64,000 nucleotides of DNA, taken from positions 2,903,964-2,967,963 of the forward strand of contig OZ245842.1 in assembly GCA_965228895.1 (NCBI GenBank), read 5' to 3'. The notes below the pieces were generated by a model. It ran no database searches and was not told the DNA's origin. It saw nothing but the letters and a program-made list of their open reading frames with translations. This stretch comes from Alphaproteobacteria bacterium (GTDB lineage: Bacteria > Pseudomonadota > Alphaproteobacteria > SP197). Position 1 is the stretch's first letter. Every line of letters starts with the position of its first letter. Shown here one piece after another: positions 47,649 to 56,712 of this stretch. A program made the translations under genes and the position numbers.

Positions 47649-48758
47649 CTAGGCCGTATAGACGGCAACGGGTTCGCCGAGCTTATCGGGTTTGGGCTGA
47701 ATGCCCAGCCCCGGCGTCTCGGGCGCTGTCATGGTGCCGTCGACCCAGTCCGGTTTGCCGTCCGCCAGGGAGACGTCGTGAAGTTCGGTCGCGTCCCACA
47801 TGGAGTGGCATAGCGCCGCCGGCGTCGACTGGGCGAGATGCAGAATGGCGGCGGTGGCGATCTCGGAACCGCCGGTATCCTGCAGCGACATGGCAAGCCC
47901 TGCTTGGGCAGCAACATCGCGCATGAGCCGGGCCTTGGTCAGACCGCCGACCTTACCGATCTTGATGTTGATGGCCGCGCATACATTGTCGGCGATGGCG
48001 CGCAACAGTACCGTCAGGTCATCCAGGCTTTCATCCAGCATGATCGGCTGCGAAACCATGCGACTGACGGCAAGGCATTGTTCATAGGTCGCGCAAGGCT
48101 GCTCGAACAGCAGCGTCAGACCGCGCCGGCGCGCCGCTTCCATGACAGCGACAGCATCGCCTTGCAGCCAACCGCCGTTGCAGTCGCACAACGCATCGTC
48201 GCCCATGGCAACAATGTCGGCGACCACATCGAGGCGTGCGATATCCTCCGTCACGTCGCCACTGAACTTGACGGAGTGTTTGCCGTAGCCGCGTTGGCGC
48301 AGGGTCTTGAGATTGGCCAGCGTCTCCTCGGGGCCAGCGGCCGACACGCTGCTCACCAGGTCGACCGCGCCATCGGCGCGTCCGCCCATGAGGTCACAGA
48401 CCGGCATGCCCGCGTCCTTGCCCAGGATATCCCAGCACGCCATGTCGATGGCCGTCTTGCCATAGGGATGCCCCGGTAGCGCGCGATCCATAACGTCGTT
48501 GATCCGTTCCGTATGACGGGGGTCGCGGCCCAGGATCGTCGGCGCGAGCTCATCAATGACGGCGCGCGCACCCTTGGCGAAGGCCGGCAGGTAGCTGGAG
48601 CCAAACGGACATGTCTCGCCCCACCCGGTGATACCAGCATCCGTCTCCAGTGCAACAATCGTGGTGTCGAGCGACGTCCATGTGCGGCCGCCGGACAACC
48701 GGTACGGCTTCGTCATCGGCAGATCGACCTGATAGACGCGTATGGCGATTATGCGCAT
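47649..48758 (-). CDS. Enolase-superfamily enzyme, MLE subgroup-like (candidate betaine/N-substituted amino acid racemase or epimerase, HpbD-like)
   Basis: Capping plus barrel domains. Strand-2 lysines (KHSVKFSG) and strand-6 lysine (IKIGKVGG). Metal-ligand acids (D..E..D). Start ATG 48758 preferred over TTG 48767. Confidence 0.8.
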   Translation of the reverse strand: MRIIAIRVYQVDLPMTKPYRLSGGRTWTSLDTTIVALETDAGITGWGETCPFGSSYLPAFAKGARAVIDELAPTILGRDPRHTERINDVMDRALPGHPYGKTAIDMACWDILGKDAGMPVCDLMGGRADGAVDLVSSVSAAGPEETLANLKTLRQRGYGKHSVKFSGDVTEDIARLDVVADIVAMGDDALCDCNGGWLQGDAVAVMEAARRRGLTLLFEQPCATYEQCLAVSRMVSQPIMLDESLDDLTVLLRAIADNVCAAINIKIGKVGGLTKARLMRDVAAQAGLAMSLQDTGGSEIATAAILHLAQSTPAALCHSMWDATELHDVSLADGKPDWVDGTMTAPETPGLGIQPKPDKLGEPVAVYTA

Positions 48759-48776
48759 GCGATCCAACCGGGGCGC

Positions 48777-50051
48777 TCAGGAACCACGCGCCATCGCCAT
48801 AAGCGTCTCGACGTAGCGATCGGCGAAGGCCTCGGCGGCGGCGCGGTCACGCATCGGTTCGTCGTAACCGAACGAAAGACACGCGCCCGCGGCTGTCGAG
48901 ACAATCGCGACCATGACGGGATGCAGGCCGTGGTTCTGCGACGGCATGATCAAGATACGGGATATGCCGACCTGTCGTGCGGACAAGCGATCGAGGTCAC
49001 CGACATCCGAGACACAGATGCCGCTCGCGAACACCTCGCTCGACGCGGCGATCTGGTCGGCCTGTGCGACCGTAGTTTCGAGCGGCACACGGGTCTCCAT
49101 CAGAAGCGCCGGTGGGCGGTTGTCGCGAAGCCTTTCACCCATGGCGCGCGCGAGTTCGATCAGGCTGAGATCGGCGTGCTCGGGACCGGCGAAGATGTTG
49201 ATGGAGGCCACAAACTCGCCGACGGTGGTTCGCGAAATTGCCGGTTCGCAATCGGCGCGCACATCGGTCGGTTCGACAATTCCTGTCCACGGCGTGTGCC
49301 CCGGCAACGCGGGTCCCGCACGCACCGCAGCGGCGCAAAAGCCCGCGGCCAGATGGATGCCCTCACCGTGCAATCGATCGTGCAACGCCTGAAGATCCCC
49401 GCTCGGGAGAACCCTGAGTAGGGCGCGCGGCTGTCGGTCTTTTGCCGGGGCGCCCCTATCGACCGGCCAGATGGCATCGTCTGGCCATTCGGCGAAGATG
49501 CCGGCCTCGCCTTTCAGTCCGGCTGCCGCCAGCGCGCGTTCGGGCGCGTCGGTCAGCGTCAGCGAAGCTCGGTCGAGGGCATCGGGATCACGGGCCAGAA
49601 GATCGATCTCGTTGAACACAACCAGCGCGGAACGCCCGTCGATGGCCGCGTGATTGGTCACCAAGATCAGCCAAACCGCCTTTCCCGACGCATCCGTCAG
49701 CACCACCAGCCGCCATGACGTCACGGCGACATCGTCTAAAATGGCCGCTTCACGCGCATAGACCGCCTCCATGTCGAACGGCTCGCCTATGGCCTCCGTC
49801 CTGATCTCAATGGTCTCGAACGGCACATCGCACACCCACCACAGATTGTTGCGCGTCTCGATACGCCCGCGCATGAGCGGATGGCGGCCGTGGATGATCT
49901 TGAGAGCGCGACGGAGATTGGCAACGTCCATCGGCCGCTGCAACTCCGCCATGGCGACCAGTTGCACAGCGCCATTGCAACGCCTTTTCAGCTCGACAAG
50001 CAACGCCTCCTGCGGGCCTAGCTCTCGCTCGAAGACGTCCGTATTTCTCAT
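48777..50051 (-). CDS. Stand-alone condensation/acyltransferase-domain protein (HxxxDG motif; PapA5/NRPS C-domain-like)
   Basis: 424 aa with HAAIDGRS, matching the catalytic HHxxxDG consensus of CAT-like acyltransferases. No adenylation or carrier-protein genes nearby. Confidence 0.6.
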   Translation of the reverse strand: MRNTDVFERELGPQEALLVELKRRCNGAVQLVAMAELQRPMDVANLRRALKIIHGRHPLMRGRIETRNNLWWVCDVPFETIEIRTEAIGEPFDMEAVYAREAAILDDVAVTSWRLVVLTDASGKAVWLILVTNHAAIDGRSALVVFNEIDLLARDPDALDRASLTLTDAPERALAAAGLKGEAGIFAEWPDDAIWPVDRGAPAKDRQPRALLRVLPSGDLQALHDRLHGEGIHLAAGFCAAAVRAGPALPGHTPWTGIVEPTDVRADCEPAISRTTVGEFVASINIFAGPEHADLSLIELARAMGERLRDNRPPALLMETRVPLETTVAQADQIAASSEVFASGICVSDVGDLDRLSARQVGISRILIMPSQNHGLHPVMVAIVSTAAGACLSFGYDEPMRDRAAAEAFADRYVETLMAMARGS

Positions 50052-50088
50052 GTTGAACCCGTCATTTCGCTTGTCGGTATTCTGCCTG

Positions 50089-50856
50089 CTAAGTCTTGAG
50101 CTTTGTCATCGCCTTATCGAACTCGCGCCGGTTGATCGGGCAGGTGCTGACCAAGTGCCCGTCGCAGACGACGTGAAACACGCCATAGGCCGACGGCGCA
50201 CGGCGGCGCACGTCTTTGGCCGACGTTAGTTCGACCTCATTGAAGGCAACTCCATAGTCGTCTGCGGCCTCGCGCAACATGGTGACGGTGTCGTCGATAT
50301 AGGGACATTGGTCTGAGCGCATGACCGTCAGGCCCTTGCCCAGGGCGGCGCGCTTCTTCTCCCAATTGCCGGTGAACGTCGGCAGGTCAACGTCGCCCCA
50401 AGACTTCACCATCAACGAGAACGTGGGCGGCGCTTCTTCGACGCAGGTGAAGCCGTGTTTTTCGAGGAAGCGCCGGCCGATCAGCCAGTTGCCTTCGCTC
50501 GTCACCATCGCAATGCCGGGGAAACCCGCGCGCTTCGCCTCGTTGACGGCGAGGTCCATAAGGTGGCCACTCAGGCCACTGCCCTTACTGCGCCCGACGA
50601 CCCACAGACAGTGGATGACAAGATAGTCCGCCGCCTCGATCGACCGCCACGCATAGGCGCCAGGGATCGTCTCGACAAACCCGCGGCCGCCATCCCGGAT
50701 CATGTGGATCTTCAGGCCTTCGGCGAAACGTTTGTCGAGCCACGCGCGTTTTCGTTTGTAGCCGTCAGCCTTGCGTCGGCTCATCAAACAGAAAAACCCA
50801 GTCTCGTCCACGTTGTCCGGACCGACCTCAACAATGTTGAACGCGCCGGCAGCCAT
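50089..50856 (-). CDS. GNAT N-acetyltransferase with C-terminal YoaP-like domain
   Basis: Start ATG 50856, 5 nt after the upstream gene stop. GNAT core, then a C-terminal CPYIDD...VFHVVCDG segment resembling the YoaP-like domain. Confidence 0.65.
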   Translation of the reverse strand: MAAGAFNIVEVGPDNVDETGFFCLMSRRKADGYKRKRAWLDKRFAEGLKIHMIRDGGRGFVETIPGAYAWRSIEAADYLVIHCLWVVGRSKGSGLSGHLMDLAVNEAKRAGFPGIAMVTSEGNWLIGRRFLEKHGFTCVEEAPPTFSLMVKSWGDVDLPTFTGNWEKKRAALGKGLTVMRSDQCPYIDDTVTMLREAADDYGVAFNEVELTSAKDVRRRAPSAYGVFHVVCDGHLVSTCPINRREFDKAMTKLKT

Positions 50857-50861
50857 CGCGG

Positions 50862-52901
50862 CTAAAGATCCTTGACCAACCGCAGGGCATCGTAGACCGC
50901 CGCATGAATGTTGCGACTGGCAACGCAATCGCCGATGCGAAAGAGCTGGAAGCGTCCGTCCGGGTTGGTGCGTAGGGCCTGCGGCTCGCCCGCGATCAAC
51001 GCGTCATAGTCGGTCTGGCCACGATTGACCGAAAGCTCCTTGAGTTCGCCATAGAGCCCGTCATTGGCGAGCGTGCCGTAATCGGAGACGACCTGATCGA
51101 CGACACGCTCTTCCTCCTCGTGGCTGTAGTCGTTGTGCAGGAGACAGACCAGATGACCGTTCTCGCGGTAGATCTGTTTGAGATGGTGGTCAGGCGTCAA
51201 CAGGACGTCCGACTTATAGAGGTTCTGCATGTGGGTCGGCAGGTTGGTGGCGCCAACCTCCTCGCCGATCATGCGCCCATTGGTCACGACTTCGACCAGC
51301 GCGCCGCGCTCGGCCAGGAACTCCGCACAGGACGGGCCCTGCTGCATGCCACTCTCGTCGTAGAGCAACACGTTCTTCGCAGGCTCGACCGCGCCGGTCA
51401 GAATGTCCCAGACACTGGCGGCCAGGTCGGCGCCATCGTAATAGCCGGTGTTGGGCCGCCCGCCGGTCGCCAGGATCACCACGTCCGGGTTCTCATTCAC
51501 AATGGCGTCACGGGTCGCTTCGGTGCCGTAGCGTTGGTCAATGCCCAGTTTCGTCACCTGCCCATCGAACCAGCGCACGATGCCCGATAGATTTTCGCGC
51601 CACGGTGCCTTGGCCGCGATGTTGATCTGACCGCCGGGTTGTTCAGCCATCTCGAACAGGATGACATCGTGACCGCGTTCGGCGGCGACGCGGGCCGCCT
51701 CCAGGCCACCTGGGCCTGCCCCGACCACGACCACCTTGCGCGCCGATGACGCCTTGTCGATGACATGGGGCATGGTCTGTTCGCGGCCGGTCGCGGCGTT
51801 GTACGCGCACAATGCCTCGCCGCCCATCGAGACCCGGTCGACACAATAGGTCGCGCCGACACACTGACGGATATCGTCGACGCGCCCTTCCACCAGTTTG
51901 TTGACGATATGCGGATCGGCGATGTGGGCTCGGGTCATGGCAACCATGTCGATATGCCCCTCGGCGATGGCGCGATCGGCCGTCGGCAGATCGCGGATTG
52001 CCGAGGCATGCAGAACAGGGATGTCGACCTGGGCCTTCACCGCGCTTGCCAGATGGAGAAACGGCGCCGGCGGAAAGCTCATGTTCGGCATCAGCATAGC
52101 GAGCCCCGACCAGTCGGTGCCGTGACTTTGATAGACAGACAAGAAGTCGATCAGGCCGGACTGGGCGAAACGTGTCGCGATTGTCATGCAGTCGGACTGA
52201 TCGAGGCCGCCTTCCAGAAGTTCGTCGCCGGACAGGCGCATGCCGACGATAAAGTCGTCGCCGACGGCCTCGCGGATCGCCTCGAACACCTCCAGGCCAA
52301 AGCGCATGCGGTTATCCAGGCTGCCACCGTAGCCGTCGGTCCGTTGGTTGACGCTGGGCGACAGAAAGGCATCGATCAGATGTTGCGCGGCGGCGATCAC
52401 CTCGACGCCATCGAGGCCGCCTTCCCGGCAACGCTGGGCCGCGCGCGCGTAGCACGCGATGATGCGGCGGATGTCCCAATCTTCGGCTTCCTTCGGAAAG
52501 CTGCGGTGCAGCGGCTCACGCACCGGCGACGGCGCCACCAGCGGCATCCAGTTGCCGCCGTCCCAACGCCCCCGCCGGCCTATATGGGTGATCTGGCACA
52601 TGGTCGCCGCACCATGGCTGTGCACCCGCTCGGCGAGCGCCTTCAGGTGCGGGATGACATCGTCGTGGGCCACCGATAGCTGGCGGAACGGCAGCGGCGA
52701 ATCCGGCGCGACCGACGACGAGCCGCCGAACATGGTAAGCGCAATGCCGCCCCTCGCTTTTTCCTCGTGATAGAGCTGGTAGCGCTCGCCCGGCATGCCA
52801 TCCTCGGCATAGGCCGGCGCGTGCGCCGTCGACATGATGCGGTTCCTGAGCGTCAGCCCCTTGATGGTCAGGGGTTTCAAAAGCGCGTCGTACTGGGCCA
52901 T
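50862..52901 (-). CDS. OYE-like FMN oxidoreductase fused to FAD/NAD(P)-binding domain, second DgcA-like paralog
   Basis: 679 aa, colinear with 27872-29914 and identical over long stretches (MAQ.DALLKPLTIK..., RIGDCVA.RNIHAA.YDA.RL). There is no adjacent dgcB/etf, so its electron-transfer partner is unknown. Confidence 0.85.
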   Translation of the reverse strand: MAQYDALLKPLTIKGLTLRNRIMSTAHAPAYAEDGMPGERYQLYHEEKARGGIALTMFGGSSSVAPDSPLPFRQLSVAHDDVIPHLKALAERVHSHGAATMCQITHIGRRGRWDGGNWMPLVAPSPVREPLHRSFPKEAEDWDIRRIIACYARAAQRCREGGLDGVEVIAAAQHLIDAFLSPSVNQRTDGYGGSLDNRMRFGLEVFEAIREAVGDDFIVGMRLSGDELLEGGLDQSDCMTIATRFAQSGLIDFLSVYQSHGTDWSGLAMLMPNMSFPPAPFLHLASAVKAQVDIPVLHASAIRDLPTADRAIAEGHIDMVAMTRAHIADPHIVNKLVEGRVDDIRQCVGATYCVDRVSMGGEALCAYNAATGREQTMPHVIDKASSARKVVVVGAGPGGLEAARVAAERGHDVILFEMAEQPGGQINIAAKAPWRENLSGIVRWFDGQVTKLGIDQRYGTEATRDAIVNENPDVVILATGGRPNTGYYDGADLAASVWDILTGAVEPAKNVLLYDESGMQQGPSCAEFLAERGALVEVVTNGRMIGEEVGATNLPTHMQNLYKSDVLLTPDHHLKQIYRENGHLVCLLHNDYSHEEEERVVDQVVSDYGTLANDGLYGELKELSVNRGQTDYDALIAGEPQALRTNPDGRFQLFRIGDCVASRNIHAAVYDALRLVKDL

Positions 52902-52903
52902 CG

Positions 52904-53431
52904 TCAGCGAGCCCTCTGTCCGACGGCTGCGGCCAAGGTGGTCATCGCATCGGCCTCAAGGCGATAGTGACGGTGTCCCAAGTCGATCATCCCGATTGCC
53001 TCGTAAAACTCTATCGCCGGAAGTCCTTCCTCGACAAACAGCTCGATACGAATCCAATCGCGCTCGACGGCAAGTCTCGCCACCTCTGCCATCAACTGCC
53101 GCGCGATGCCATGCTGGCGGTATTCTGGTCCGACATAGAGCGCATGAACAATGCCCATCGGCCGCCCCCTCCATCCGGCATAGCCGCGAAAGAACGAGAC
53201 AAAGCCGATAACCGTTCGATCGACCTCGGCCGCGAGAGCCTCAAAGAGAGGGTCGACACCGAATCCCGCGCGAGAAATTGCATCGACCGTAAGTTGTGCA
53301 TGGAAGCCGGGCCGATGGCTCTCGATCAGACAACACGTCAGGCGATGGAGCGCCTCGGCATCTTCGACACATGCCGGCCGCACGGAAGCCCGAACCAACG
53401 CGCGCTCCTGCGATCCGTGCACGGTCGGCAT
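52904..53431 (-). CDS. GNAT-family N-acetyltransferase
   Basis: Start ATG 53431. Acetyl-CoA-binding motif ...RQHGIARQLMAEVARLA.... Confidence 0.7.
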   Translation of the reverse strand: MPTVHGSQERALVRASVRPACVEDAEALHRLTCCLIESHRPGFHAQLTVDAISRAGFGVDPLFEALAAEVDRTVIGFVSFFRGYAGWRGRPMGIVHALYVGPEYRQHGIARQLMAEVARLAVERDWIRIELFVEEGLPAIEFYEAIGMIDLGHRHYRLEADAMTTLAAAVGQRAR

Positions 53432-53444
53432 CCGCCTCGCCAGC

Positions 53445-54746
53445 CTAACGCGCGACGCGGTCGCGGTATTGGTAATAGCGCTGCACGATCGGCAGGAACC
53501 AGGGATTGCCGTCATAGAGCGGGATGGTCGGAAAGGCCAACCCCTCGAACGCGCACTCGGCTTCCGGCGTTCCCAGGATGCGCTGTGCGGTCTTGTAGCC
53601 GAGATAGGTCTGCTTCACGACGCCCGACCCATTGCAGGCGAGCGCAAAGTGCAGGCCATCCTTGACGCCGGTATGCGGCAGCTTGTCGAAGGCGAACGCG
53701 ACGTTGCCTGTCCAGCTATGGGTGACCTTGATGTCTTTCAGTTCCGGGAACACGCCGGTCATGAAGTCGTGCAGGATTTTGCCGCTCTCGTGTGTCTCGA
53801 CATCGCGCGTCTTGGCGCGGCCGCCGAAGATGACGCGCTTCCGGTCGGGCGACGGCCGGTAGTAGTAGAGGATCTTCTTGGTGTCGGCGATCATCCGGTG
53901 ATTGGGGAACAACCGGTTCATGGTCTCGACCGGCAGTTCCTCGGTCGCGATGATGTAGCTGCCGACCGGGACCAGGCGGCGGCGGAAATTCTGCGCCGCG
54001 CGCGGCGTGTAGCCGTTGGTCATGACGGCGACCTCTTTGGCTCTGACCGTGCCGCGCGATGTCGTCACCTGGAATCCGTCGCCGTCCCGGCTGATGCGCT
54101 CGACCGGCGTGTGGGCCGCCAGCTTGACCCCGGCCGCCATCACGCGATCGAGGAACTCCTGATGGTAGACGGCCGGATGCAGACCGCCGCCCGACAACGT
54201 CACCTTGCCGCCGTGATAGATATCGGTCGCGACCTCGTTCGCCACATCGCCCTTGGCGATCATGTGGCCGGTATCGAGGCCGACTTCCTTTTTCACCAGG
54301 TCGGCGTCGCGCGCCATGGCTTCATAGTGGCTGGGGGCGTGGGCGCCGACGAAACGGCCGACCTTCTGATAGTGGCACTGCATCTGTTCGGACGCGATGA
54401 ACTCGTCGAAAAACACCATGGCGTTGTTGGCTTCGCGCACCAGGGCGGCGGCCTTGGTCTGGCCGTACTTGGCCTTCAGCTCGCTGTAGCCCAGCTTGAG
54501 CCCGCCACCAGCCATGCCGCCGCTGCGCGAGCTGGCACCGTAGCCGGGTTCGCTGGCTTCCAGGATCAGGACGTCACGCCCGGCGCGGGCCAGGTAGAGC
54601 GCGGCCGCCATGCCGGCATAGCCGGAGCCGACCACGGCCACGTCGACGGTTTCGGGCAAGGCGATCGGAACGAACTCAGGCCGGGGCGCCTCCTCCCACC
54701 AATAGGGCGTTGCCTTCCAGTCGTCGGCAAACGGGGCCTCGGCCAT
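53445..54746 (-). CDS. FAD-dependent oxidoreductase of the DAO family (D-amino acid/glycine/gamma-glutamylputrescine oxidase-like)
   Basis: Start ATG 54746. Dinucleotide fold VAVVGSGYAGMAAALYLARAG. First gene of the nine-gene minus-strand cluster. Confidence 0.85.
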   Translation of the reverse strand: MAEAPFADDWKATPYWWEEAPRPEFVPIALPETVDVAVVGSGYAGMAAALYLARAGRDVLILEASEPGYGASSRSGGMAGGGLKLGYSELKAKYGQTKAAALVREANNAMVFFDEFIASEQMQCHYQKVGRFVGAHAPSHYEAMARDADLVKKEVGLDTGHMIAKGDVANEVATDIYHGGKVTLSGGGLHPAVYHQEFLDRVMAAGVKLAAHTPVERISRDGDGFQVTTSRGTVRAKEVAVMTNGYTPRAAQNFRRRLVPVGSYIIATEELPVETMNRLFPNHRMIADTKKILYYYRPSPDRKRVIFGGRAKTRDVETHESGKILHDFMTGVFPELKDIKVTHSWTGNVAFAFDKLPHTGVKDGLHFALACNGSGVVKQTYLGYKTAQRILGTPEAECAFEGLAFPTIPLYDGNPWFLPIVQRYYQYRDRVAR

Positions 54747-54916
54747 GGGTGTCCTCCTGTGTTTCACCGCAACCTAGCGGATTCACGCCGCCACCGACAA
54801 GACGGGCGAACCCGACCAAAGGCGACCTTGGTCTCGTTGTCGGCGACGGAAACTGGCCGTTTTGCCGTGCAACCGCGTGTCATAAGCAGCCCGGCAGGCC
54901 CGAGGAGGCAGTAACG

Positions 54917-56488
54917 ATGAACGAAGAGGCACCGAGCGGACGGCGCGGCAGGCGCCATCGCGGCGAACACGGCGGCAGCGGCGCGCGGCGCGCCCAGCGC
55001 AGCCACAAGTATTCGACCGACGCCCTGCCCTATATCCAGCGCAACATCCCGCTGACGGAGGTGCTGACCGAAGAGGCGCTGGAGATCATCGAAAACAATG
55101 CCGAAACGGTCATGGAAGAGGTCGGCATCGCCATCCACGACGACCAGGAGGTCGTCGACCTGTGGAAGGAGGCCGGCGCCGATGTCGGCAAGGACGGCCA
55201 AACGCTCCACGTGCCCCGCGGCCTGGCGCGCAAGCTGATTTCGACCGCGCCCAACCACTTCATCCAGCATGCCCGCAACCCCGACCGCAAGGTCAAGATC
55301 GGCGACGGCGCGACCGTCTTCGCGCCGGTCTACGGCCCGCCCTTCATCCGCAATCTGGACGATGGCCGGCGCTACGCGACAATCGAGGATTTCCGCAACT
55401 TCGTGAAGCTGGCCTATATGACGCCGGCCATGCACCATTCCGGCGGCACAGTGTGCGAGCCGGTCGATATCCCGGTCAACAAGCGTCACCTGGATATGGT
55501 CTATTCCCATATCCGCTATTCCGACAAACCGTTCATGGGTTCGGTGACGGCGCCGGAGCGCGCCGAAGACACGGTGGCGATGGCGAAGCTGGTGTTCGGC
55601 GATCAGTTCGTCGAAGACAATTGCTGCATCATCAACCTGATCAACGCCAACTCGCCGATGACCTTCGACGGCACCATGCTGGGCGCGTTGAAGGTCTATG
55701 CCCGTCACAACCAGGCCTGCGTCGTCTCGCCGTTCATTCTGGCCGGCGCCATGAGCCCGGTGACCGTCGCCGGCACGCTGGCCCAGTTGCTGGCCGAAGC
55801 CATGGTCGGCATGGCGACGACCCAGTTGGTCCGGCCTGGCGCACCGGTGGTGTTCGGCACCTTCGGCAGCTCGATCTCCATGCAGTCGGGCGCGCCGACC
55901 TTCGGCACGCCGGAACCGACCCAGGTGCTGCTGGGCAGCGCGCAACTGGCGCGCCGTCTGGGCGTGCCGTTCCGTTCCGGCGGATCGTTGTGCGGCTCCA
56001 AGATCGCCGACGCGCAGGCGGCCTATGAAAGCGCCAACACGCTGCTGCCGACGATGCTGGGCGGCGTCAACTTTGTGCTGCACGCGGCCGGCTGGCTCGA
56101 AGGCGGTTTGGCGTCCGGATACGAGAAGTTCGTCATGGACGCCGATCAGCTCGGCATGATGCAGGTGCTGGCCCGTGGCGTCGACATCTCGGAGAACGGC
56201 CAGGCGATGGATGCCATCCGCGAGGTCGGCCCGGGTAGTCACTTCCTGGGCTGCGCCCACACCCAGGCCAACTTCGAGACCGCGTTCTACCGCTCGACCA
56301 TCGCCGACAACAACAGCTTCGAGCAGTGGGAAGCCGAAGGCAGCCAGGATGCCATGCAGCGCGCCAACAAGCTGTGGAAGGAGATGCTGGCATCCTACGA
56401 GGCGCCTGCCATCGACCAGAGCGTCGACGAGGCGCTCAACGCCTTCATCGCCGAAAAAAAGGCTGCGGTGCCCGATTCCTTCACTTGA
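54917..56488 (+). CDS. MttB-superfamily methyltransferase (non-pyrrolysine; glycine betaine/proline betaine/carnitine:corrinoid methyltransferase-like)
   Basis: ATG 54917 preceded by GAGGAGG. 523 aa TIM-barrel MttB-family pattern with no in-frame amber codon. No corrinoid-protein or MtgA-like genes in the window. Confidence 0.85.
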   Translation: MNEEAPSGRRGRRHRGEHGGSGARRAQRSHKYSTDALPYIQRNIPLTEVLTEEALEIIENNAETVMEEVGIAIHDDQEVVDLWKEAGADVGKDGQTLHVPRGLARKLISTAPNHFIQHARNPDRKVKIGDGATVFAPVYGPPFIRNLDDGRRYATIEDFRNFVKLAYMTPAMHHSGGTVCEPVDIPVNKRHLDMVYSHIRYSDKPFMGSVTAPERAEDTVAMAKLVFGDQFVEDNCCIINLINANSPMTFDGTMLGALKVYARHNQACVVSPFILAGAMSPVTVAGTLAQLLAEAMVGMATTQLVRPGAPVVFGTFGSSISMQSGAPTFGTPEPTQVLLGSAQLARRLGVPFRSGGSLCGSKIADAQAAYESANTLLPTMLGGVNFVLHAAGWLEGGLASGYEKFVMDADQLGMMQVLARGVDISENGQAMDAIREVGPGSHFLGCAHTQANFETAFYRSTIADNNSFEQWEAEGSQDAMQRANKLWKEMLASYEAPAIDQSVDEALNAFIAEKKAAVPDSFT

Positions 56489-56712
56489 GTTTGGTTAACA
56501 AGGGCCAGATGCCGCCCGTGACGGCTGTCACCCTTCGTGGCGCTACCCCGTCTGGCCGATAGGCGTATCGGACGTCGTTTGATAGACTTTCGCTCCGCGC
56601 ACGGCCTCTCGGACATCGTTTGGTGCCGGACGGCCGCACGACTTCGACCATAAGGACCAGAGCCCGGCCGCCGAGCCGATGGTGTTCGACGGGCGGCCGA
56701 TGACCATCTGCC

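Noticed and set aside
51765-56260. Several long antisense ORFs (51765-52679, 53469-54914, 54764-56260, 55162-56028) over the second DgcA paralog, the DAO oxidase and the MttB gene
   Set aside because: All lie opposite genes with strong family motifs and show low-complexity translations.
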